Assembly (NCBI GenBank): GCA_963737155.1
Contig: CAVTRN010000001.1
Coordinates: forward strand, 32,001-96,000
Direction: 5' to 3'
DNA length: 64,000 bases
Origin: Nitrospirota bacterium
GTDB taxonomy: Bacteria; Nitrospirota; UBA9217
The notes below the pieces were generated by a model. It saw nothing but the letters and a program-made list of their open reading frames with translations, was not told the origin of the DNA and ran no database searches. A program made the position numbers and the translations under genes. Positions 40,909 through 49,905 of this stretch are shown here, one piece after another. How positions within the stretch are numbered: position 1 is the first letter of the stretch; every line of letters starts with the position of its first letter.

Positions 40909-41071
40909 GGGTCAAGACAGATAATGAGGAAGACTATTATCGTTTGAGCAACCTGCGGTTTCTCAAGCACTTCCCTCAATAAGTGTCAATGGTCATCTAA
41001 AAGTGTACCTCCCTCATGCATTCCTCTGGTTTATTTGTTTGATCAGTTCTTGGTATTTCGGAGTGGAAGTT

Positions 41072-42598
41072 TCACTCCAGACTGTATAGATATGCTGAAG
41101 CTTTGTCCGCTTTTATTTCATCTAACTTCATACCTATCTTATTCAGCATAAAGATAAAATATTTCTCTTCATCAATAAGGGGGGCAGAAATTACTTTTCC
41201 CTGGTTGCCCTTATGTGAAAATATGAACCATACTCTACTGTTGCCTTTGAGCTGTTGCAAATCAGCTGCATAATCATTAGGATTACTTCCTGAAGCGATT
41301 CCCTCGACTATTTTGACGGTTTGTAAATTGAACTTTGGTAAATAGTATCTGAAAGCAGGAATAGAGCTATACGATACATATATTACATCGCTACTTACTT
41401 TGTGATGTGCAACATACTCCAATACCGACCTTATATCTTCATGGTTGTCTGGATGTTTTAAATTCTCAATTGCTTGGCTCGCCGGACTGTGTAATATTAA
41501 TATGGCTATGGATAAGCTAATACAAAAGGCAACAAACGAATGTTTTTTCGCAATAAAAATTCGTATCTGTTCGATCCCCTCCGCTATATACAAAAAAATA
41601 AATGGCACTGCAAATAATAAGAGCCTGCCATAGAATGGATATTTTTTTAAGCCTGAAGCCAATATTGTAAATAATAACGGCGTAATTATTATTATGGCTG
41701 TTCGCCTTTTTCTGATTGAGTATGTTGCACATCCTACTAAAATCAAAAGAGAACTGACAGACTTAATAGAAGACCTACTAGAAAGTCCGAGAAGATAATG
41801 GTACATTTCGCTGTATGCATGTCGAAACCAAATGGGGTTTTTCCATGGAGGCATAGGCATAAAGTATTCATTCCAATATGATACCAGGTATGAATTCGAT
41901 GCCAATTGACTAAATGATATTGAATAAAGTACTACAAAATTAACTATCCATATAAGCAGCGTCAGTACAAACAATTTACGGGTTCCCTGATCTTTCATTG
42001 TGAAAATATCAAAAATGAAACACAAGCTTATACCAGAGATAATAAAGAAAGCTGGATGAGACAGCCACATAGAAATACAGCCAACCAATATCAAAGTAAT
42101 TATATTTTTAGGCCTTGAGTCTGGGCCAATGCATTTATCGGCGCATAGCAATAACAATAGAGTCACCATTACATCACTAGAATACTGTTTACACTCAGAT
42201 GCATAATATATCATTGAGCTATTTATAGAGAATAGAGTAATGGCCACTATTTTACCTATTCCTTTTGTATAGGCATTAGCAACATAATAAATTAATATTA
42301 AAGAAAGCAACCCAGCTATAAAAGGGAAAGCTCGCAACACATAATCCGTATTACCAAAAGCAGAAATAAAAAGCTTTTGTATAAATAGAAACCCTATTGG
42401 TGCGCCTTGGTCATAGGAGAGTGGTTGAGTGAGTTCAAAAAATGAACTATTGACTATATTAAGGGCTAGAGTCGCTTCGTCAAACCACAATGACCGATTA
42501 AATACATATTGATAAGATCGTAAAATCAAGCCACAAACCAATATTAAATATATTGCAATATTGTATAAATTGTCATGTCGGCTTTTATCGTTATTCAT
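41072..42598 (-). CDS. GT-C (ArnT/PMT-like) membrane glycosyltransferase
   Basis: SLWFDEA, LRAFPFIAG, YYASECKQYS, YPFYGRL and many TM helices; AT-rich. Confidence 0.8.
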   Translation of the reverse strand: MNNDKSRHDNLYNIAIYLILVCGLILRSYQYVFNRSLWFDEATLALNIVNSSFFELTQPLSYDQGAPIGFLFIQKLFISAFGNTDYVLRAFPFIAGLLSLILIYYVANAYTKGIGKIVAITLFSINSSMIYYASECKQYSSDVMVTLLLLLCADKCIGPDSRPKNIITLILVGCISMWLSHPAFFIISGISLCFIFDIFTMKDQGTRKLFVLTLLIWIVNFVVLYSISFSQLASNSYLVSYWNEYFMPMPPWKNPIWFRHAYSEMYHYLLGLSSRSSIKSVSSLLILVGCATYSIRKRRTAIIIITPLLFTILASGLKKYPFYGRLLLFAVPFIFLYIAEGIEQIRIFIAKKHSFVAFCISLSIAILILHSPASQAIENLKHPDNHEDIRSVLEYVAHHKVSSDVIYVSYSSIPAFRYYLPKFNLQTVKIVEGIASGSNPNDYAADLQQLKGNSRVWFIFSHKGNQGKVISAPLIDEEKYFIFMLNKIGMKLDEIKADKASAYLYSLE

Positions 42599-42841
42599 AA
42601 TATATACGCCATTTTTCTTTTGAAGATGTCTCGTTGCCAAAATGGTTAGGCAGCCTTAAGCAAATAAAACGGCCTCCTTCACCGAATCCGGGGTGCTGTT
42701 GGAACGACAAGTATAAAAGAAGAGCATAGCTAACCAAGTCAGTGTAAGATGTTTCCGCGACGAAATATCAGAACACAGACAGGAAATGCCTATTCCGCTA
42801 TAAACACAACATTGGCAGTATGCTGACAATAATTCAATCAC

Positions 42842-43622
42842 CTATTTTTTTATTTGTGGCCCAAAGGTGATATCAGCAACCCAGACCTGATTGACACCGG
42901 TCACGTTCAGGCCTTTGATCGGGTTCGGGTATACGGGATAAAGGTGGTTGCTGTCCGTGGTCTTAACGAACCGTCGGGTCTTCTTCGCAAAAAGACCCTT
43001 TTCTCGCATGATCCGCTGGACTTTCTTGCAGTTTACCACCATGCCATCACGGCGGAGCTGAGCCGATATTTTTCGGTAGCCGTACGTAGCAAAGTCTTCA
43101 GCAATCTCTTCGATCCGGGCGATAATGGCTTGGTCCTCAGGAGAAATCTCCCGGGGCTTCAGCTTGTAGTAATAACTGGTTCGAGGGAGGTTCATGAGTT
43201 CGCACCCCCTCGTGATGGTTTTGATAAGGTCTCGGTAATGAACTGCCTTTTTCCCGGGACTGTTCGAAGCTCTGATGCAGAGCTTTTTTTAAAAACGCAT
43301 TCTCCAGATGGGCGTTTCCGAGTGCCTGCTCTAATTGGCAAATCCGTTCTTCTCGGGCAGCTTCCCGGGCTGAACCGGCCTCAAAGCTGTTTTTAAGACA
43401 TTGCCTTCTCCAATGATACAAAAGTCCGGAAGAAATACTATGTTTCCGGCAGAGCTGAGCCGCGGTACCGTCACCGCTGAGATATTCTTCAACAACTTGA
43501 CGTTTGAATTCGATGCTGAAACTTCTCTGTTTTCTCATGACAAGATCCTTTCTGCCCGTCCCGGGCCGGGGATCCTGCCTGATAGTCTAACATATTTTGT
43601 CTAAACGGAGGGGGGCAGTTCA
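42842..43622 (-). mobile_element. Truncated IS3-family element (orfA and partial orfB)
   Basis: Left IR TGAACTGCCCCCCTCCGTTTAGACA (43598-43622), orfA HTH FSIEFK, and orfB YGYRKI...NQVWVADIT ending at the first DDE Asp. Confidence 0.85.
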
Positions 43623-43623
43623 C

Positions 43624-43652
43624 TTGACAAACCGACGGCATATGGTTATACT
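43624..43652 (+). promoter_or_regulatory. sigma70 promoter of vapBC
   Basis: TTGACA-17-TATACT. Confidence 0.65.
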
Positions 43653-43690
43653 TTATATAATTTGTAAGTCTAACTAATAGGAGTAAGCCT

Positions 43691-43978
43691 ATGTCCATAG
43701 CTGTTGTTTCTTCTAAAGGGCAACTTGTGATACCAAAAGAATTGCGGGACGCATTGTCCATTCAAGCCGGACAAAAGGTACTTGTAAAATTGGTCAAAGA
43801 CCACGTTGAGGTTGTTCCGCTGCCCAAGGACCCCGCCAAGGCCTACTGCGGGGCATTTGAGAAAGGCTCCTCACTGACTGCGGCGCTCTTGCGAGATCGA
43901 AAGGAGGACTTGGAGCATGAAGAAAATAAGACTGCTCGATTCATTCGCCATACTCGCCTATCTCAAAAAGGAAAATAA
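43691..43978 (+). CDS. vapB: AbrB/MazE/SpoVT-type antitoxin
   Basis: VSSKGQLVIPKELRDAL; AGGAG RBS. Confidence 0.85.
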   Translation: MSIAVVSSKGQLVIPKELRDALSIQAGQKVLVKLVKDHVEVVPLPKDPAKAYCGAFEKGSSLTAALLRDRKEDLEHEENKTARFIRHTRLSQKGK

Positions 43979-44312
43979 TTATCTTCGCGTCAAAGAACTT
44001 CTATCCACCCCAGACATCCCTGTACTCATGAACGATATTAATGTAGGAGAAACATACTACATTCTGGCCAAAAATAGAGGGAAGGAACAAGCTGATATTT
44101 TTCTTACTGTAATGCTTCCTAGCCTTCCAATTATCGTTCGTTCCAATTTGTTTGAGCATGTTATTGAGGCATCGAGGATTAAGGCAAATCATACGCTTTC
44201 TTTTGCCAACTGTTTCGCTGTAGCAACTGCCTTGCGAGAAAGCGCAATTATTGTCACCGGTGACCCCGAATTCAAGGCCGTGCTGAAGCTCGTCGAAATA
44301 GAGTGGTTATAG
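43917..44312 (+). CDS. vapC: PIN-domain toxin
   Basis: LLDSFA, NVGE, LSFAN (D to N substitution), TGDPEF. Confidence 0.85.
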   Translation: MKKIRLLDSFAILAYLKKENNYLRVKELLSTPDIPVLMNDINVGETYYILAKNRGKEQADIFLTVMLPSLPIIVRSNLFEHVIEASRIKANHTLSFANCFAVATALRESAIIVTGDPEFKAVLKLVEIEWL

Positions 44313-44984
44313 TTCTCCCTCCATAAATAAACTGTTTCATGCCTACTTTACAAGTTAGTAAATAAACAGCATACGCCATAAGACACTATTTGCTTTGTCA
44401 AACATATAATTCCGATTTTTTATTCAGAGATGGTCCAGAATCTCATGGACCCGGGTTATACTGAATCTGCGAGAGTTCACCGCCCTCTCTCGCGAGAATC
44501 CCTTTCGGCATCTCAAGCCCTGAAATCTGACAATTCACCGGTAAATTAAACATAGACAAAAAGCTGTGTTCTGGTATAATCCAACCTGCCAATGGCGAAT
44601 CGAAACCGGCATCTAGACAAAGAGCCTCGATCACGTCGGGATGGTGGGACGGGTTAATTTGACCACGCGGATTTAGCACCTCTTCTCTGACCTCGTTTTC
44701 CTCATCTTTTGCTTTAAAATACAGGCGATACAGTCAAAAGTTTTATGAAAACTCAAGAGGCATGTATGAAACCACAGAGGGAGCGGAGGGAAACCACCTA
44801 AATGGCGTGCCACTGTGCTCGCGTGGTTGATAGGTCAAGAAAGGTCCAGAAGCGCTGGTAATAAGGGGGCATAGAGAGGGAGAAATGACAATAACGGATT
44901 TTCTCTCTGAATTCAATATGTACTCTGTTTTTTATGCTTAATAGAGAGTTTGACAATACGCCATATTTATCGAGGAGAAATATT

Positions 44985-47708
44985 GTGAAAAAATTGCTGA
45001 GAATATCTTTGGTTGGTCTAATGTTGGCGGCTACGCTGGCCGCCTGTGCCGGAGGAGGTGGGGGTACAGACCCAAATACCACATATACCGTAACCTATAA
45101 TGGCAACGGCAGTATCAGCGGCATTGTCCCTGTTGACTCAACTAACTACGCACACGGACAAACTGCCACGGTGCCGGGGAATACAGGCAACCTTGTAAAT
45201 ACAGGATATTCCTTTGTGGGCTGGAACACGCTGGCTAACGGGACCGGCACGACTTATACGCCGGGGCAGACATTCACGATGGGTACGGCAAATGTTATTC
45301 TGTATGCGATGTGGACCACAAAACCCACGTACACTGTAACGTATAACGGCAACGGCAATACCGGCGGCACAGCCCCTGTTGTTTCAACCAACTACGAGCA
45401 GGGCCAGACCGTTTCGGTAGTCGCCAATCCTGGCAATCTCGTGGATACTGACTACACCTTCGCGGGCTGGAATACGTTGGCTAATGGATCCGGAACGACC
45501 TATACGCAGGGGCAGACATTCCTGATGGGGACGGCGAATGTTACCCTGTACGCGAAGTGGACCGCAAATCCCACCTATACCGTAACGTATAACGGCAATG
45601 TCAACACCGGCGGCAGTGTCCCGATTGATTCAACCAACTACGAGCAGGGACAAACCGTCACGGTGCTCGGCAATACCGGCAATCTCGTGAATGCCAACTA
45701 TACCTTCAAGGGTTGGAACACGCTGTCTAGCGGAACCGGAACGACTTATACGCAGGGGCAGACATTCACGATGGGGACGGCAAATGTTATCCTGTACGCA
45801 ACGTGGACTGCAAATCCCACCTATACCGTAACGTATAACGGCAATGTCAACACCGGCGGCAGTGTCCCTGTTGATTCAACCAACTACGAGCAGGGGCAAA
45901 CCGTCACAGTGCTCGGCAATACCGGCAATCTCGTGAATACCAACTATACCTTCGAGGGCTGGAACACGCTGTCTAACGGAACCGGAACGACTTATACGCA
46001 GGGGCAGACATTCACGATGGGGACGGCAAATGTTATCCTGTACGCAACGTGGATTGCTGCTCCTTCGACCGGCTTGCAGATTGTATCATTAGGTTCCACA
46101 TCCGTCTCGTCCATGTCTACGCTGACCATTACCGGCAGTGGTTTAGACGCGGCGAACAGCGAGGTGTCTGTCAGGTTTACGCCGGAGGATGGTTCCGCCG
46201 CAATGACGATTCCAGCCATCTCCGTTTCAGCGACCACGATCGCCGTACCGACGCCCGTGTTTTTCGACCCGACCACCTGCCTGTCGATTCCCGAAACGGT
46301 GGATGTGGACGTGATCGAGTACACGAACGGAACGATCAACGTGTCCAATACCCTGACCGGCCTGCAGGTGTCCGCTTTGCCGGCCATGCCGGCCGGAACC
46401 ACTCCGGGAGCCCTGACCACCCTGTTCCTCGAGACGGCTGCCAACGTGTCCACCGCAACACAGAGCAGTATCGCCTCCCAGGCAAGCCTGTCAATACTCG
46501 CGAGGGCCCTGAACACGCAGAACACCGACCTGAATCTGGTTATTTCGGCACTGAACGGCGTGATTCAGAGTTCCGGCTCCAGCACCACCATCACCTTGAG
46601 CGCCGGAACAGAGATCACCCTGAGTCCCGGCGTATTGGCTGCTTCGGACGAGATCATACAAGCCTACCTTGCGAACGCCGCGGCCGCGATCAACTCCGTC
46701 CCAACCTCGACGGAAGAGACGAAAGCGACCGTCAATAAGTATCTGGTGTCTGAGAAAACGATATCAGTCCCGCCGCCTTCGACTGCCGAAGTGGGCAGCA
46801 ATAACAGCGCCTATCTTACCCAGGTCTCCAATTTCTACAACAATCTTTCCGGGGCCAATCCGGCAATCAGCGCCCTGGAGGAAAAGTTATTGATCAACAT
46901 TACCGCGGAAGCGGCCGGCGGCGAGTTCATCGGCGAACTGGGGAACGCCTACAACGCTGCGGGCGCAATGTCGCTCACGTGGGACGCCTTCGTGGCCATG
47001 GCTTCCTCGCGGATCGTCAACGGTGAGGCTCCGGAGGGGAGCGAATTGTTTACCGGCGCCGGCGGCTCGCTCTACGAACAGTTGATCCAGAACCTGGCCC
47101 AAACCGATACTCACGGGGCGGTCGGCATCGGTGTCGATGCCATCGAAATCATGCACCTCGCGGCAACCACCCTTCCGACGACAAATCCCTCCATTGGCCA
47201 GCTCATCCAGAACGGCGGGCTCTATTCCGCGCCACAAGGCGATACGCTGATCGTGATCGTAAGCGGCAATCAGACACTGCAGATTCCACAGACGCCCGGG
47301 TCTTTCAGCAGTACGGACCTCGTCATCCCCTCCTGTATCGGCGACACATCACTCAGCTCCGGCTCCACCTGCAGCAGCGGATCATCCAGCAGCAGCTCGT
47401 CAAGCAGCAGTTCATCGAGCAGCAGTTCGTCCAGCAGCAGTTCGTCGAGCAGCAGCTCGTCAAGCAGCAGTTCGTCAAGCAGCAGTGGCTCCGGCACTTC
47501 GTATTATACTTATTGTGTCGAAACCCTGACCTGGACTTATCCTCCGGGTGTTTGGAATAGTGGTACTTTCGCAGGAAGTAATTCACCCGGTAATGATCCA
47601 AATGGCTGTGGCGGAAGTGGTCTTGGCTCCTGCTCCTATACGACAACGTGGTATTGTGACAGCGGTACTTATCCGGACCCTTGCGCGACTGCTTGTATTA
47701 TTCAATAA
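44985..47708 (+). CDS. Surface lipoprotein with four InlB-B/Listeria-Bacteroides repeats, poly-Ser linker and Cys-rich C-terminus
   Basis: GAGGAG RBS and GTG start; lipobox LAAC; YTVTYNGN...GWNT...LYA.W x4 (~246-bp units). Confidence 0.85.
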   Translation: MKKLLRISLVGLMLAATLAACAGGGGGTDPNTTYTVTYNGNGSISGIVPVDSTNYAHGQTATVPGNTGNLVNTGYSFVGWNTLANGTGTTYTPGQTFTMGTANVILYAMWTTKPTYTVTYNGNGNTGGTAPVVSTNYEQGQTVSVVANPGNLVDTDYTFAGWNTLANGSGTTYTQGQTFLMGTANVTLYAKWTANPTYTVTYNGNVNTGGSVPIDSTNYEQGQTVTVLGNTGNLVNANYTFKGWNTLSSGTGTTYTQGQTFTMGTANVILYATWTANPTYTVTYNGNVNTGGSVPVDSTNYEQGQTVTVLGNTGNLVNTNYTFEGWNTLSNGTGTTYTQGQTFTMGTANVILYATWIAAPSTGLQIVSLGSTSVSSMSTLTITGSGLDAANSEVSVRFTPEDGSAAMTIPAISVSATTIAVPTPVFFDPTTCLSIPETVDVDVIEYTNGTINVSNTLTGLQVSALPAMPAGTTPGALTTLFLETAANVSTATQSSIASQASLSILARALNTQNTDLNLVISALNGVIQSSGSSTTITLSAGTEITLSPGVLAASDEIIQAYLANAAAAINSVPTSTEETKATVNKYLVSEKTISVPPPSTAEVGSNNSAYLTQVSNFYNNLSGANPAISALEEKLLINITAEAAGGEFIGELGNAYNAAGAMSLTWDAFVAMASSRIVNGEAPEGSELFTGAGGSLYEQLIQNLAQTDTHGAVGIGVDAIEIMHLAATTLPTTNPSIGQLIQNGGLYSAPQGDTLIVIVSGNQTLQIPQTPGSFSSTDLVIPSCIGDTSLSSGSTCSSGSSSSSSSSSSSSSSSSSSSSSSSSSSSSSSSSSSSGSGTSYYTYCVETLTWTYPPGVWNSGTFAGSNSPGNDPNGCGGSGLGSCSYTTTWYCDSGTYPDPCATACIIQ
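47373..47486 (+). repeat. 15-bp coding tandem repeat (poly-Ser)
   Basis: Consensus AGCAGCAGYTCRTCN, about 7.6 units (first unit degenerate). Confidence 0.9.
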
Positions 47709-47756
47709 CTCCTGTCAGACGCCCGCAGGCAGACTGAGAATCCTGTTTATCTTACA

Positions 47757-49727
47757 GTGTCAGGAATCAGTGATGAAACTGTTGGACAAGGGCTGATGGC
47801 AGACGACATTGCCGGATGTCCGGCCACTTCGAGAAGATGGTCCGGGCGAAGCACCGGCAATTTCAGCAAGGAGTTGAAGGAACGCGCGTTGCCTGTCCAC
47901 ACATACTTTCTGCAGGCAATTTTCTTTAAGAGCAGATCCTTGCGAATAACGTTTACCGCTATTTCTTTTTTGCTTTCTCTCATAGTCAGCCCCGCTTTCG
48001 GGGCTGACTATGGTTTTTCGCTGGACCTCTCCAGCATCGACAATCACGTCACGGTCACGGCAAGAAATAATTCAACCTCCGAAGCCGTCATAAAGAGCAT
48101 CGAAGTCGAACTTGCGGGCAATACGTACCTTTTGGTCGGCACCGATACGCCCTTGCCCCCCCGTTCCGGCCTCACGCGCGACGCTTTCGTAAAACTGCCC
48201 GCCCTGCCAGGCACCTATCCGCTCATCGTCACGCTCTCCTATTACAATGACAAGCAAGTAGCCACGCTCCGGCACGTCGGCCTGTTCTATTACCGCCAGC
48301 AGGCCCCGCTGCCGGAAACCTGCAAGCTTGACGACGTGACCATTGCCCGCACCGGCACGATCATTATACAGTGCCCCAGGCCCGAATTATGGCGCCTGGT
48401 GTTGCCTTCCGAGATAAAAATCTTGTCGGAAAAGACCGAACCGGGCCGGAAAATCATCAGGGTAACCAGCACCCTTAACGGGCTGAACAATGTTTATCCG
48501 TACTTTGCGGTTGCCGAGGACGTAAAGGGCGGCGTCCACCGGACGGCCCTCGAGAGAGCAACAATCAGGGTGCTAGCGACTTCCATGACCCCAAGGGTCA
48601 TGGGGAGAATGCCGAACGCGGCGCTTCTTGCCCTGCTCGGCGTCTTCATCGCCGCCTGCTGCCTGGCAGGAGGAAGGGAGGGGAGGACTGCCCTGTCACT
48701 GCACAAATATGCGAGCAGGATGGTCCTGGTCACGGCGTCCTACCTGCTGCTGAAAAATGCCGGCGGGCTCGCTGCCTGCACCCTGGACTGGCTCCACTCC
48801 CCCTTTTACGGGAGAATCGCAACCGGCATCATCGGCCATTTTAGCGGGTCAAACTACCAGTATTTTTTCAGATATTTCATCGATTCCTATTACCTGGCCT
48901 GCCTTTTCGTCCTCTATCCCTATCTCTATTACCGGGAACAGGAGTGCCCGCTTGTAGACGACAAATACTCGAGCCTGATGATGAGTGTATTCTCCCTGAA
49001 GGACGTGATGAAAGGCGGGCGGCTGTACTGGAATTACGTGAGCAGGCTTGGCTTCCTGACCTTTTGCGTCAAGATATTTTTCATTCCGTACCTCGTCTCG
49101 TGGGTCATCAACAATACCTTTTATCAGTACGGCATTTCAAAATCCTTCGTCTTCGACCTTGCCGCGATAAATGCCTGGCTGGTTGCGCTGTTCATCTATA
49201 TCGACACGACCATATACTGCTTCGGATATCTATTCGAGTTTGATTTTCTCAAGAACAAAATCAAGTCCGTGGAGCCCACACTGTTCGGGTGGCTGGTCTG
49301 TTTATGGTGCTATCCACCTTTCAACACGTTTTCCTTCAGAATGTTCGATCATAAACTGATCGATATCGGCCATACCTATCCCCGATGGGTTCTGGCGATC
49401 ATGACTTGCCTGATAACGGTTCTCTGGGGTATTTTTGCCTGGGCTTCCGTTGCCCTGGGCTGGAAAGCTTCCAACCTGACAAGCAGGGGCATTGTTAAAA
49501 CAGGGCCATACCGCTACGTAAGGCACCCGGCGTATTCCGCCAAACTGCTTCTTTTCTGTGTCCAGGGAATTTTTTTAGGATATTACTTCATAGGCCTTCT
49601 GATCGGATTCATCATCATTTACGTACTTCGTGCCTGGACGGAAGAGCGGCACCTGTCAAAAAGCGATCCGGATTACCCTGCATACAAGGGGCTGGTCAGA
49701 TGGCGGTTCATTCCCGGCCTGATCTGA
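47757..49727 (+). CDS. Membrane protein with extracellular N-terminal domain and C-terminal ICMT/PEMT-like methyltransferase domain
   Basis: IVKTGPYRYVRHPAYS...RAWTEERHL..DY..Y...VRWRFIP. The true start is probably downstream of 47757. Confidence 0.75.
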   Translation: MSGISDETVGQGLMADDIAGCPATSRRWSGRSTGNFSKELKERALPVHTYFLQAIFFKSRSLRITFTAISFLLSLIVSPAFGADYGFSLDLSSIDNHVTVTARNNSTSEAVIKSIEVELAGNTYLLVGTDTPLPPRSGLTRDAFVKLPALPGTYPLIVTLSYYNDKQVATLRHVGLFYYRQQAPLPETCKLDDVTIARTGTIIIQCPRPELWRLVLPSEIKILSEKTEPGRKIIRVTSTLNGLNNVYPYFAVAEDVKGGVHRTALERATIRVLATSMTPRVMGRMPNAALLALLGVFIAACCLAGGREGRTALSLHKYASRMVLVTASYLLLKNAGGLAACTLDWLHSPFYGRIATGIIGHFSGSNYQYFFRYFIDSYYLACLFVLYPYLYYREQECPLVDDKYSSLMMSVFSLKDVMKGGRLYWNYVSRLGFLTFCVKIFFIPYLVSWVINNTFYQYGISKSFVFDLAAINAWLVALFIYIDTTIYCFGYLFEFDFLKNKIKSVEPTLFGWLVCLWCYPPFNTFSFRMFDHKLIDIGHTYPRWVLAIMTCLITVLWGIFAWASVALGWKASNLTSRGIVKTGPYRYVRHPAYSAKLLLFCVQGIFLGYYFIGLLIGFIIIYVLRAWTEERHLSKSDPDYPAYKGLVRWRFIPGLI

Positions 49728-49905
49728 AAGAATCTCGATGAACGATGCGGCTTTATAATAATACCTCCGGAAAAACTCCCATCCCCGTTCGTCATAATAA
49801 TCGCCTGTTCATCCGGAATGAGAGCGCCGGCGCCGGACCACCGGGAGCCGCTCCTGTCGGCGCGATCTTTTAAAAGAGTGCCATAGGTCCCTCAGACGAC
49901 CGGCG

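Noticed and set aside
40984-41012. TGTCAATGGTCATCTAAAAGTGTACC, resembling an IS21 end
   Set aside because: No partner IR or transposase; too short to support.
44443-44890. Possible transposase fragment (LDAGFDS)
   Set aside because: Single short motif with no IRs or further catalytic residues recognised.
47270-47646. DELLL and Cys-repeat ORFs on the minus strand
   Set aside because: Antisense readings of the poly-Ser repeat.
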